From the NCBI GenBank assembly GCA_000708835.1, contig DF237624.1, positions 6,138 to 47,065 of the forward strand: 40,928 bases of DNA. Reading direction: 5' to 3'. The notes below the pieces were generated by a model. The model worked only from the letters and a program-made list of their open reading frames with translations. It did not search any database and was not told the origin of the DNA. The position numbers were made by a program, and so were the translations under genes. The DNA is from Klebsormidium nitens (lineage: Eukaryota > Plantae > Klebsormidiophyceae). Of the stretch, positions 30,901 through 40,928 are shown one piece after another. Position 1 is the stretch's first letter; each line of letters begins with the position of its first letter.

Positions 30901-33900
30901 ACGTTGACCCGCAAGGAGCAGGACACCTCGCCCGCAGGCTTGCTAAGGTTCTCCCCCCGTCCCTGGCTGACCTCATCGATCAGAGCGTCTACACTCGGAA
31001 TCGAGGCATCCGGATGCCTGGTTGTGCAAAGCCCTCCAGACCTGACTGCCCGCTGCGTCCTCTGGACCACACCAAGCCATATGCTGACAGCGTCATCACC
31101 TGGTTCGACAAGGTAGGTAGCCTCATGTTGACGACAGCTTGTTTGCTGAAGAGACCATTCGCTGACCGGGCAAGGTAGAGGCAAGTTGCTGTCCGACCTT
31201 TTGCACAAACCTAGACAGACATTGTGCCAAGTCACTGCCTAGTCTCGTGTTGTCCTGTGTGCTTCTCACAACGGAACTTCAAAATGTGTAGCAACGTGGC
31301 AAGTTTTAGCCTGACCCTTCTCTACCTTCGATTCAAACTCAAGCTTACACTTCAACCTTCAATATGAGCACGTTTCGAAGTATCATTAGGCAACTTGACC
31401 TGGCCTCTCGTAAGAACAAGGATCGCCTGTCTAGGTTTCGTCAATTATATATATGCTTCTCTGATGCAAAACATAGACAGCATATATTTCAAAAATTCAA
31501 TGTCCTCAGCATCTATGTTTCGTCAAATAGAACAGCAGCCTTGCTTAATGGTATGAGGTCGATTCAAGAAGATGCTCGAACTTATGGTTATAATCCAAGT
31601 TTACAAGTGCGCATCATCTCTGACCTAGGTTGCGGCACCCCAGATGTAGGAAATGCCCCACTGCTGGCTGACGTCATCGATCTGCTTCGTTGTTTTGACC
31701 AGGAGTTTGACTTTATCAAGGTCCCTGTCCTCGTGCCTGATGCTATGCGACAACACCGGCGCCCCACAAAGCCCGCGGAGATGGCTGTTCTCAGCGTCAC
31801 CAATCTGGACGCCTACACGGTCCAACGCTGCCTAGAGCTCTTGCAAGCACGCTTGCATCCAACGGCCTTCAAGCGAGGAGCGAGTAGGGCGCTCAACTTC
31901 AGCTGGACGGACCGGGAAGGAGAGCCGTGCTACACCAGGCACACTCACTCCGGCGGGCGCGATCTTTTGTGCATCGTGAACGAGGCTCAGAACGCTGTCT
32001 TTGCCAAGTGCTCTAGTGAGCGGGTCGACTCCACGACCGGAGTGTGCTGCAAGGAGCAGCCTGCCCACTATCTCNNNNNNNNNNNNNNNNNNNNNNNNNN
32101 NNNNNNNNNNNNNNNNNNNNNNNNNNNNNNNNNNNNNNNNNNNNNNNNNNNNNNNNNNNNNNNNNNNNNNNNNNNNNNNNNNNNNNNNNNNNNNNNNNNN
32201 NNNNNNNNNNNNNNNNNNNNNNNNNNNNNNNNNNNNNNNNNNNNNNNNNNNNNNNNNNNNNNNNNNNNNNNNNNNNNNNNNNNNNNNNNNNNNNNNNNNN
32301 NNNNNNNNNNNNNNNNNNNNNNNNNNNNNNNNNNNNNNNNNNNNNNNNNNNNNNNNNNNNNNNNNNNNNNNNNNNNNNNNNNNNNNNNNNNNNNNNNNNN
32401 NNNNNNNNNNNNNNNNNNNNNNNNNNNNNNNNNNNNNNNNNNNNNNNNNNNNNNNNNNNNNNNNNNNNNNNNNNNNNNNNNNNNNNNNNNNNNNNNNNNN
32501 NNNNNNNNNNNNNNNNNNNNNNNNNNNNNNNNNNNNNNNNNNNNNNNNNNNNNNNNNNNNNNNNNNNNNNNNNNNNNNNNNNNNNNNNNNNNNNNNNNNN
32601 NNNNNNNNNNNNNNNNNNNNNNNNNNNNNNNNNNNNNNNNNNNNNNNNNNNNNNNNNNNNNNNNNNNNNNNNNNNNNNNNNNNNNNNNNNNNNNNNNNNN
32701 NNNNNNNNNNNNNNNNNNNNNNNNNNNNNNNNNNNNNNNNNNNNNNNNNNNNNNNNNNNNATCGTGAACGAGGCTCAGAACGCTGTCTTTGCCAAGTGCT
32801 CTAGTGAGCGGGTCGACTCCACGACCGGAGTGTGCTGCAAGGAGCAGCCTGCCCACTATCTCGGTCGCTTGTACGAGGACGTGGAGACTTGGAAGGCAAG
32901 CGCCATTGAGATCGACATGCGCTACCTCGAGCGAGACCCCCTTGCTGCTGGACCGATGGATCTGCAGCTGATCCGGATGGGCTCGAAGGGGATGACGGAC
33001 AAGATTCTTCTCAACAACGTGGTCAACAGTGATCCCGCAGGTGTCGATGGCTACAATTACAAAGTGGAAGAGCTGTCGCTACTTGCTTGTAGTCTCTTGT
33101 GATCCAGCAACTTGCACCAGCTCGTTAAATTTACCTCATGAACCGGATTCCAATCGTGATGACACCGTGTTTCTTCTGCTTTGTCTCAGACTTTGACCGC
33201 ACGTATGATGGGCTGATAGAGGGTAACTTAGCTTCAAAGTCAAGTGGTTTGCCTGCCCACCGTTGAAGTAGATTCTCCGCTTTTCAGGTGGCAAGCTGGC
33301 AAGTTCCAGGCGCTCCTCGTTCGAAGCCCGATGGGCACAGGCAAGTCCGAGCTGGTCAAGCGGATCAAGGTGGAGGAGCCCGCCCCCCAGAAGATTTTGC
33401 TGGTCACTTATCGGCAGACGCAGGCGGCTGATGCGCACGGCAAAAACCCCGAGTTTGCCCACTATGCGGAGCTCAAAGCCCTGCCATCCCAGCTGAATGA
33501 GCAAGGGGACTTCGTTGCTCCTTTATCTGACAGAGTGCGGTTTCCAAAGGTCGTAGTCCAGTTCGACAGCCTTAACCACCTCCTCGCTGAGAGCAGAGTG
33601 GTCGACTCATTCGATCTCGTAATTCTCGACGAGAGCGAGTCCATCCTGGCCCATCTTTCAGCTGATACATTCTCCAACCGACACCGGACCGTCAACTTCC
33701 TGATCGAGCTTTTGAGCCAAGCAAAGCGGATTATAGCGCTGGATGGGCATCTGGCTCAGCGGACGTTCGACTTTCTTACAATGAGTGGCATCCCGTGCGG
33801 GCCTGTCGTGATCAACAAACATCTACCAGAGCGTCCGCTCGAGTTCACGTTTCTGGAGAAGGACGAGGGGAAGGCTTACTGGGAAAGGTCCATCTGGACT

Positions 33901-35869
33901 GCTCTAGGGGAGGGCAAGAACTGCGTAGTATACAGCATGTCGTCAGAAGAAGTGTACAGGTTGAGGGACGCCGCGGAAGCCACAGGCTTGCTACAAGCTT
34001 CAGAGATACTCGCGATCACAAGGGCTTCTTCTGGGGACATCAAAGGGGGCATGAATAACGTGAACCTCTCTTGGAAACGCCGTTTGGTCATCCTCAGCCC
34101 CACGGTGGAGGCAGCGGTCGACTTTTCGGCGGAGTGGTTCCATCGCAGCTTCATCTACGTCTGCGCACACAGCACCACTCCGAGGGGCTTAGATCAGATG
34201 AAGAGCCGCGTTCGGAAGCTGAAGGAACCAGAAGTGTTGTGCTTCGTGCAAGCTGGCATCGCTTTGCCGACCAGGACCGGGCTGCGCGCTCAAGTTGCGT
34301 GCGATGAAGGTGAATCTATAGCCACTGCGTATTTGCTTGTTGTACCAACGGATCTCATTTGTTGCCAAGTACCGAAGTTTTGGAAAAGCATGACCGAGGA
34401 AAAGGGCCGAGCCTGGGCTTAGGGTACGTGAGATGTTTTTGTCGACTCCAGAGTGCTCACGGCGGGAAGTCACGGTCGTCCAGTTTTTGTCAATTATATA
34501 TATGCCTCTCTGATGCAAAACCTGGACAGCTGCACCAAGGAGGACAGCTGCAGCAAAACCTGGACAGCAGCTTTGCTTGTCTATATTTTGTCCATTGCGG
34601 AGGCACGAGCTCGCATTTATGGACATTTTCGAGAAACAGGTCGGGCCGGTAGTAAGCAGCACCTTCGATCTGAATCTATCAAACGTTTATTCTTGTACTC
34701 CGCGTGCAGACCCTGTGGGCTCGACTCCGCCTGTCTACCTGACTACCATGGGGCCCAAACAAGCAGCAAGTCGGCGGCTGGGGGTAGAGGAGTCCTATCA
34801 GTTCTTGCGTTGGATACACAAGAACGTGGACGCCCGTCAGGAGACGAGGCAACGAGGGGAAGGGGGACAGAGCATCTTCGCGCCGATAGAGGACGCTGTA
34901 ATGAGGGTGCTAGCACACAACGAAGCTGAAAGCAGCAACAAGAACTCGCACTTCTATGAAGTCTTCACTGAGTTGCTCGAGAGCGAGGGGCATATTGTGA
35001 AGGGGGTGCTCCAGTTGGACACCGCGCCAAAAGTCTTGGCTGGCCCGGAAGAGGACGAGGAGGGGCCTTGTCAAAGCTATCTAAAGCGGCGTCTGCTGGA
35101 GGCGCCAGACATCTCGCTCGAGGAGGCTAAGCACCTTCAGCTTCTGATTAACAAGAAGCAAGATCGGGAGGGGGACTTTGCGAAGGTGGAGCGGTTCAAC
35201 TATATGAGGTTTTACAAGATTCGACAGCTTGATGGACCCTTTCTAGACATCTTTGGGGGGCGGCATCTCGACTGCCTCACCTTCCTGCTTCAAGTGGTCG
35301 ATCCTGCATATCAATTCCCCGAGGACGAGATCGGCAGAGCGAAGTCCTTGCCTCTCATGGCAAAGCTTGCGAAAGAGGTCATTTGTGCACTGGGGCTCGA
35401 CAATCCGTTGGACTATGAGCGCGTGACAGAAAAACTTGAGGTTCTGAGGTCGAAACTGGCGGCAACGGAGTACTTCCAGGACTACGGAAGATGTGTTCGA
35501 CTGTTCAGCGGACGCACCATCCAACAGACGTGCGATCTAGGCGATCCAAAGGCAGTCTACCACGCCTTAAACCACATCTTCAACCGAATGGGCGTCCATG
35601 TGCGGCAGGTGCGGTTGGGCCAGCAGAAGAAGGCTGACGAGGCTACCAAGAAAAGGGAGTACCTGTATGGGGGATGGCAGATTGAGCCTGAGTGTTCAGG
35701 AAGAACCGTAGGCGCAAAGTACATGTTACAGTTGCTCATGTTGCAGGTGGAGGGGTCTTCATTGATGCTCGAAAATCTGGACTCAAGCCTAAGAAGGCTC
35801 ATAGAAAACGCGCCGTTCCAATACAGGCATCTTGTAGAAGCCCCATGCATGTTGGGGGCCGTAGTTTAG
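27933..35869 (+). CDS. Spliced AEP primase - Zn-binding segment - UL9/OBP-like SF2 helicase - C-terminal domain, right copy, apparently open
   Basis: Exons 27933-27964, 28281-28503, 29102-29287, 30351-31112, ~31721-33040 (across the gap), ~33272-34309 and 34710-35869. Motifs PCKPFLDME, KFSVHLVI, LIDQSVYTRNRGIRMPG, RSPMGTGKS, VTYRQTQA, LVILDESESILAHL, ILSPTVEAAVDF. The 33040/33272 junction and the start are uncertain. Confidence 0.8.
28120..34527. repeat. Family-B inverted-repeat cassettes (~50 bp, GTCCAGGTT...AACCTGGAC), 7 copies, all intronic in the right primase-helicase gene
   Basis: Copies at 28120-28169, 29314-29365 (inverted), 29390-29435, 29496-29545, 29634-29683, 31429-31478 and 34478-34527. 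Most share the inner CTCTGATGCAA. The copies at 29496 and 29634 lie in a 138-bp tandem duplication. Confidence 0.9.
32075..32760. other. Assembly gap whose flanks overlap by an identical 102 bp
   Basis: 31973-32074 is identical to 32761-32862. Collapsing the overlap keeps the reading frame. Confidence 0.95.
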
Positions 35870-36113
35870 GCTATAGTTCATTTAAAACAGACTGTCAAGT
35901 GTAAGATAAACTGATGCACCAAGGAGAAGTTGTAGCTAACATGAAATTCGATTGAGAGATATTTGTGTGCAACAATTCGTATTCTTCAATCAAATCGAGC
36001 CTACTAATGCAACACATGGCATGCCTGTGTCTAAACTTGAAACGTAGCTGATAATAACAAAAACATCTTGATGTATGACGGTGTTAGAATTCGCCACATG
36101 AAAAAGGTGTTGT

Positions 36114-36992
36114 TCATAAATGTATTGTTCTTTTTGCGAGGAGATTGATGATGGTCACCAGGCCTCGTGCACAGTTGACCGCGGTTGGGCGCTGGCCATG
36201 GCCCTCAAATTTGAAGTCCTCCACCGATTGGAGGACTTCTGGATTTTGCGATTTGAGGTTCTCCCAACTTTGATATGGGTTGATAGACCCGGCCACCTCG
36301 CGGATGACGTCCACGACACTCACGCGTGGTGGGGTCTCGCTCGTCTTCCTAATCTTCATGTCCTCGCCCAAGCCTAGCTCCCCGTGGATGATCAGCTGCT
36401 TGAGGTCCTCCACGACCCTCGGTCCCTTGACCTTGCCAAGGAAGTCTGCCACGAGCCTGGCGCACTCCGAGCGAAAGCCTTCTGCCCTCTTGCTATCGAG
36501 GAGGCCGACTATCATCTCGAAGTCGCTGGCATGGAGGAGCGGGCTCTCCTTGAGGCCGTCGAAGCAATGAATCTCAACATTCAGGTCGTCATCGCCCTCG
36601 GCGAGTTCAAGGAGCAGGTCTGACAAGATCGACAGCGGGCTATACATGTCCTAGCGGCTCTCCTCGATGCGGATGCTTGGTAGGACCTCAGGGCTTGGCA
36701 CCGAGTCCGCTGCTCTATCCGCTTCCTCGCGACCTTCGGGCTCAATATTCCCCGAGTCGACCTGCGATCGTGAGTCAGAAGAAAGCATGATAAGCTGAAC
36801 CGTTATTTTCAAAATCTGGTGCCAGTACGAGGACTGCTGAGGGTAAGCAAGGCTCACAACCCGTGCCTACGAATAGTCAAAAAATCCCTTACCTCAATGT
36901 CTACTTGAGCCGCCTCCTGCACCTCTGCAGCCTCGATTGCTTGGTGCTCTGCCTCAAATGCAGATGACAGGATGGCAAAAAAGGGTTTCATG
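36114..36992 (-). pseudogene. Bro-N/KilA-like DNA-binding protein with two tandem domains, one intron and an in-frame TAG
   Basis: IRKTSETPPRVSVVDVIREVAGSINPYQSWENLK...FKFEGHGQRPT...IINLL, plus an upstream partial repeat (IVGLLDSKRAEGFRSECARLVADFLG). ORFs 36651-36857 and 36114-36647 are in frame across the TAG at 36651-53. Phase-0 donor at 36892. Confidence 0.6.
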
Positions 36993-37223
36993 AAGAAGAA
37001 ACGGGAATCTATAGACGACTTTGGTAAGAGGCCATAGGTGTTTGTAGGCATTGAAAGTCATTATGAAGCAGATTAGTCCCCCGCCTAGAACATTAATGAC
37101 TCTGTTTTTGCTGTCCATGCTGTCTACGAAGGCAAATCTTATGCAAAAGTTTGCGTTGATAGCAAATTGGCATGGCAATTACCCTTGCTGTCCAAGCTCT
37201 TGTAATATCTTCTGGCAGAATGA

Positions 37224-37595
37224 TCATGTATCAGCTTGTTCCATTACGATTTTGTTGTCGGAATCAAACTGAACACCGGCGGCCCTTAGCCTTGAGATGG
37301 TTTTTGCATGCGGCTTTTTGTTTTGTCCAGTTCGAAGACGCATTGAAGCATCTTGAAGCAAGATAGCTTGCTTATGTTTTGCATACCAGGCCGCCTTATA
37401 TGTAAGCATCCGCTGCTTGTTGCATCTGTACTCAATTTGTCTCTTTAGCCAAAGCGCCTTGCACCTTGGCATACTAGAGTTTGATGACTCGAGAGAGTTC
37501 GGAAGTAATGCATTCTGTACAACTCTATGCTTATGTCCACAATGGGTACATGGAATGAGGCGCGTGATGGTCACCTCTGCGCCGGTCGACTCCAT
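37224..37595 (-). CDS. Small basic orphan protein with CxxC (virus-like)
   Basis: IPCTHCGHKH and KAAWYAKHKQAIL, intronless, AT-richer region. Confidence 0.4.
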   Translation of the reverse strand: MESTGAEVTITRLIPCTHCGHKHRVVQNALLPNSLESSNSSMPRCKALWLKRQIEYRCNKQRMLTYKAAWYAKHKQAILLQDASMRLRTGQNKKPHAKTISRLRAAGVQFDSDNKIVMEQADT

Positions 37596-37654
37596 CTAGT
37601 TGAAGGTGTTCTGATATACTCATAGTTTTTTTTTCCAACGGATCAACGCAAAGC

Positions 37655-38002
37655 TTATTTACCTTCGGCATCCTTGCAGACTTTGAGTATCCCATTGGCA
37701 GTTGACAATAAGAGTGCAGCCTGCTCATCGGAATACCCACCGGACACATGATCTGTTATAGATGCTGTTATTATGGCAAATACATCGTCCCATGAAACAA
37801 TAAGCTCTTCGTTACAAAGTTGATGAAGCAGGAGCAAAACGCCCTCTCGAAGGTACCCCATATCCACTGGAGCTCTGAGGGCTTTATCGATGAGGCCTTC
37901 ATAGCGTATGGGTCCGAAGCTCTCGATCTCATCGATGAATGGAAGCAAGCTATATAACCATCGTGCCTGCTTTGGTACATAATACGTATATCCGCGCTCC
38001 AT
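37655..38002 (-). CDS. Small orphan protein (~115 aa)
   Basis: Open frame from ATG 38002 with a protein-like, helical composition. No domain recognised. Confidence 0.4.
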   Translation of the reverse strand: MERGYTYYVPKQARWLYSLLPFIDEIESFGPIRYEGLIDKALRAPVDMGYLREGVLLLLHQLCNEELIVSWDDVFAIITASITDHVSGGYSDEQAALLLSTANGILKVCKDAEGK

Positions 38003-38058
38003 TATCCTGACATTTGAAAAGAAAAGAAAAAATGGCATTTCGTTAAGGCCTTTGTCTC

Positions 38059-38643
38059 TCACTCGACATCGCTGTCGATCTGAACGCATTTGAACGTTGT
38101 TGCCTTGCTTCCCCGACCCCTTCTAGTGGCTTTTGCAGTGCCTTCAGTTGTTGATGCTTTCGCTTTACCCTTATCCGTTTGAATCCTCTTGGGAGTCTGA
38201 TTTGAAGCTTTGCTCGAGGCTTTGCATTTCTTCTCTTGCCACTTTTGTGCTGTTTTCGATGCTTCCGCATGCATCGCAAAAAGTTCTTCATCCGAAATCT
38301 TGGTTGCTGATGTTGAGAAGGTACCCTCGAACGGAAGGCCAACAGGTCGTTCGCACTTCTTAATTGGTGAGACCTTCACTTCATAACCAAATTGCTTCTT
38401 TGCTGAGCCTCTTGTCGTTTCCTGCAGGAGCACGCACAGAGTGCAGGGTGCTTTGATAGCTGCACCATTACATTTGAGTGCCCTGAATAGTTGGCTACCC
38501 GCGCGTGTGCCTGCTTGTGAAACGCGTCCCTTCTCAGCATCGATTTCGAGACGTGTGTCTTCAAGAAGAGAAGACACATCAGATTGCTTGTGGTCAAGGG
38601 TTAGTAGCACCTTAAAGCTTCGTTTGAAGCAATCAATATCCAT
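38059..38643 (-). CDS. Orphan 194-aa protein with a Lys-rich tail
   Basis: ATG-started intronless ORF, divergent from the recombinase. No domain recognised. Confidence 0.45.
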   Translation of the reverse strand: MDIDCFKRSFKVLLTLDHKQSDVSSLLEDTRLEIDAEKGRVSQAGTRAGSQLFRALKCNGAAIKAPCTLCVLLQETTRGSAKKQFGYEVKVSPIKKCERPVGLPFEGTFSTSATKISDEELFAMHAEASKTAQKWQEKKCKASSKASNQTPKRIQTDKGKAKASTTEGTAKATRRGRGSKATTFKCVQIDSDVE

Positions 38644-39058
38644 TAGACCGGCTGCATGATGTAACTTGAGATTTAAAACCTGAACGAAAGTGCATCATGC
38701 TGCCTGCTTCAGAGGTTGCCCCCCTGAAGCACTTCAGTCGTTGATGTGGCAAGATTGTGACCAACGTTTCTCGTAAGCTGCCCCTATATAAGCTCATTTT
38801 CAGCTGCATGAAGCACTCCAAAAAGTTGAACGGCCCCAGTCACTATTCTAGAAGGGAGAGTCCCGATTTCGCGAATTTAGAACTCAAATGTGGGACCCCA
38901 AAAGCACAAAAAGCTGGGAGCTTTTGACCGCGTGTTGGAAAATTTCGTCACTTCACAGTTTGAATTCTGGGATCGCAACTGAAGATTAGAGATCAGGTAT
39001 TTGATTCTAGAATTGAAACGGTGGTGCATCTTAGCAAACTGCGTTCCTACCTGAGGCT

Positions 39059-39078
39059 TTTGGATTCTAGAATCCAAA
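39059..39078. promoter_or_regulatory. Perfect 20-bp palindrome TTTGGATTCTAGAATCCAAA upstream of the recombinase
   Basis: Seen directly. Related TTC(T/C)AGAA cores at ~38846, ~39005 and ~39241. Confidence 0.6.
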
Positions 39079-39285
39079 CAATGTGGTAAGTTTGTTGACC
39101 AAGCAGCCATCGTCCTGCCCAAACTTCAGCAGCCAAGGTTGAAATTATGGAGACCAATTCCGGGCCATTGATCCCGGCCAGCCGAGGATTCTGAAGCAAA
39201 ATTTCCTAGGGGACGCATCTTAAAGAGGTGCCCGTTTCGATTCCAGAATTATTATAGATGATGTATGATATAGGGTTCCCAATTG

Positions 39286-40361
39286 ATGGATTTGGAAGCA
39301 TCCGTTCAATCGAGTACAGCATCCACATCTGACAAAGGAGGGACTAACGAAAGTGTGCGAACAATTGCATCAGGTGAGACTGCTTTGCGCAACCTGTTTC
39401 AAGACGGAAAAAGGGCTGAAATCACGATTTTGCAGTACCTAAAAAGTGTGCGAATGATTTATCATTTAGTCACAGGCGAAAACGTTTTGCCTTCCACGTT
39501 AGATTGGATGAAGGATGCATCTATTATCATTGAAAAGCTCGACAAAAGATACCCCAATCCTGGAACTTTCAAAAATAAGGTAACCCCGTTAATGGTCATT
39601 GCTCACGAAAAGGGATGGGAAGGCACCTATAAGAAATACTTCGAGAGCTTCTCCGTCAAGAAAGTGGTCCGGATGAAGAAGGCCGATGAGCAAAAGGCTA
39701 CCGAGAAGGAGGCTGCCAACTGGATAAGCATGACCGAGCTCAAAAGCAAAGCGGAAGAGCTTAACAGGCAGATAAGGAGGAGCATCATGCCAAATCATAA
39801 AAGTAATGGTGGATCAAAGCTGAGCAGAGATGAAGTAAAAGTTGTGTATCAGCATCTCTTGATAGCCTTCAATACACTTGAGCCCCCTAAGAGAAGGGAT
39901 CTCAGCGGTCTCCCTCTCCAGAAAGCAGACGGAAGCTTCTTTTGCGAAGAAGCAAGGGCAGCATATAAGGATACTGGAAACTGCCTTCGTGAAAGCACAG
40001 ATGGCGATTTCGTGCTTGTACTGAAGACCTATAAAACAAGCCGGCGCTACGGAACACGCGAGTTTCAGCTCAGCCAGAGACTCAGCAACTACATCCAAAG
40101 ATCCATCGAGCTCATTCCTCGAGGTTTTTGCCTGTCACTCGGTTGGGGGATACAACAGAAGCCATGAGCGATAACTACCTTACCAAATTTACTGGGTCGA
40201 TAACGTTCCCTTCAGGGAAGCGTTTGAACCAAAACCACCTTAGACACCTCTACATCAGCGAACAATTTGCGAACGATCATTCAATTGCTGAGAGGAAGCA
40301 ATTAGCAGAGAGGATGTTGCACGACTTGGGGACAGCAATGGTTACATACGAGAGAAAGTGA
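39286..40361 (+). pseudogene. Tyrosine recombinase/integrase (PLV/virophage-like type), split by a 1-bp frameshift
   Basis: Catalytic pattern R (EPPKRRDL), K (YKTSRRYG), NHLRH, H (RMLH) and Y (TYERK). ORFs 39283-40167 and 40128-40361 join as IPRGFLPVTRLG if one T is added to the T5 run at 40125-40129. Confidence 0.8.
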
Positions 40362-40388
40362 TAAGTGCAGAGTCGAAGTTGTCAAATA

Positions 40389-40928
40389 TCAAGCCGATGA
40401 GATCAGTAAAATTGGGTCAGAAGCCCAGGATCCGTCCCAATGGACTTCATCGACTCTCAAACGGACTTCTTGCAGCCGTTTTTCCAGTTCGTTCCTAGTT
40501 GAAAAGATCAAGCCGCGACCACTTGTATCTTTGTAACCATCCAGTCCAAGTGTCCGTTTGATGCGACCTATCAACACGTCCTTCTGTTGGGGCGGGTCCT
40601 CTTTCGCGCCTTGATTATCTATGAAGGATCTGTATGTTCGGAAGATGGTGGCGCTTAGCACCTTTGATTTCGAATCTGCTGAAAAGTTGCCGTTGTCCAG
40701 CGGACCGCAAATCATTTTAGCCCAATATGGGATTGAGTGCTCCCTGATGTAACGATTACGACTGGTTAAGCCTAACCTCGTTCTCGACAGGATTTCGTTG
40801 ACCGCGGTATTAGCGAAACGGCGGTGGTTACGTCTTAACAACGCACTGCGTAGCTGTCTGCAAGACGGCGTAATATCCCGGATGGATCGGCTTCAGTGAG
40901 CCGATGTCACCGTTCAGGATAAGTTGTG
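40389..40928 (-). pseudogene. Possible C-terminal (winged-helix-like) end of a D5/SF3-type primase-helicase, truncated by the window edge
   Basis: REHSIPYWAKMI...VLSATIFRTYRSF...LIGRIKRTLG resembles helicase tails by eye. The upstream frame has a stop, and no Walker motifs lie in the window. Confidence 0.3.

Noticed and set aside
31364-33102. 467-aa and 352-aa ORFs, and an apparent exon duplication around the gap
   Set aside because: The lengths come from Ns. The identical 102-bp flanks are best explained as an unmerged contig overlap.
29441-38891. 16-bp direct repeat TTTAGAACTCAAATGT (29441-29456, 38876-38891) as att sites or TSD
   Set aside because: A rough expectation of one 16-mer match in 41 kb is about 0.2, so chance is plausible. 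One copy is inside a predicted intron, and the recombinase falls outside the pair.
1-40928. Complete endogenous virus
   Set aside because: No major capsid protein, packaging ATPase, protease or polymerase B motif was recognised in the window.

Overview
Eukaryotic genomic DNA with GT-AG introns and two N-gaps. The organism cannot be fixed from the sequence, and no rRNA, tRNA or CRISPR array was seen. The window looks like a cluster of virus- or mobile-element-derived genes that have acquired introns. (1) Two diverged, outward-pointing copies of a spliced gene encode AEP primase (PrimPol/herpes-UL52-like), a Zn-binding segment and a UL9/origin-binding-protein-like SF2 helicase. The left copy (minus strand, runs off the window start) has a frameshift and a premature stop. 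The right copy (27933-35869) looks open. (2) Two paralogous N-terminal modules (basic region plus EsV-1-7-like Cys/His finger) each end in a 2A-like 'LMIGGIExNPG(P/W)' exon. My hand-built splice models join the left module to the primase-helicase, and the right module to a Crinkler-type NTPase-REase effector in a stop-free 898-aa, 13-exon ORF. (3) A second CR-type effector gene lies at 16.4-19.8 kb. (4) Two families of ~50-57 bp cassettes bounded by inverted repeats sit in introns, one family per primase-helicase locus. (5) Also present are a tandem pair of intronless phage-like genes nested antisense in an intron, a TA-flanked MITE, a Bro-N-like gene, small orphan ORFs, a frameshifted tyrosine recombinase and a possible D5-like helicase tail at the right edge. 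All domain calls come from motif recognition by eye and all gene models from manual splice-phase matching. No database search was run.
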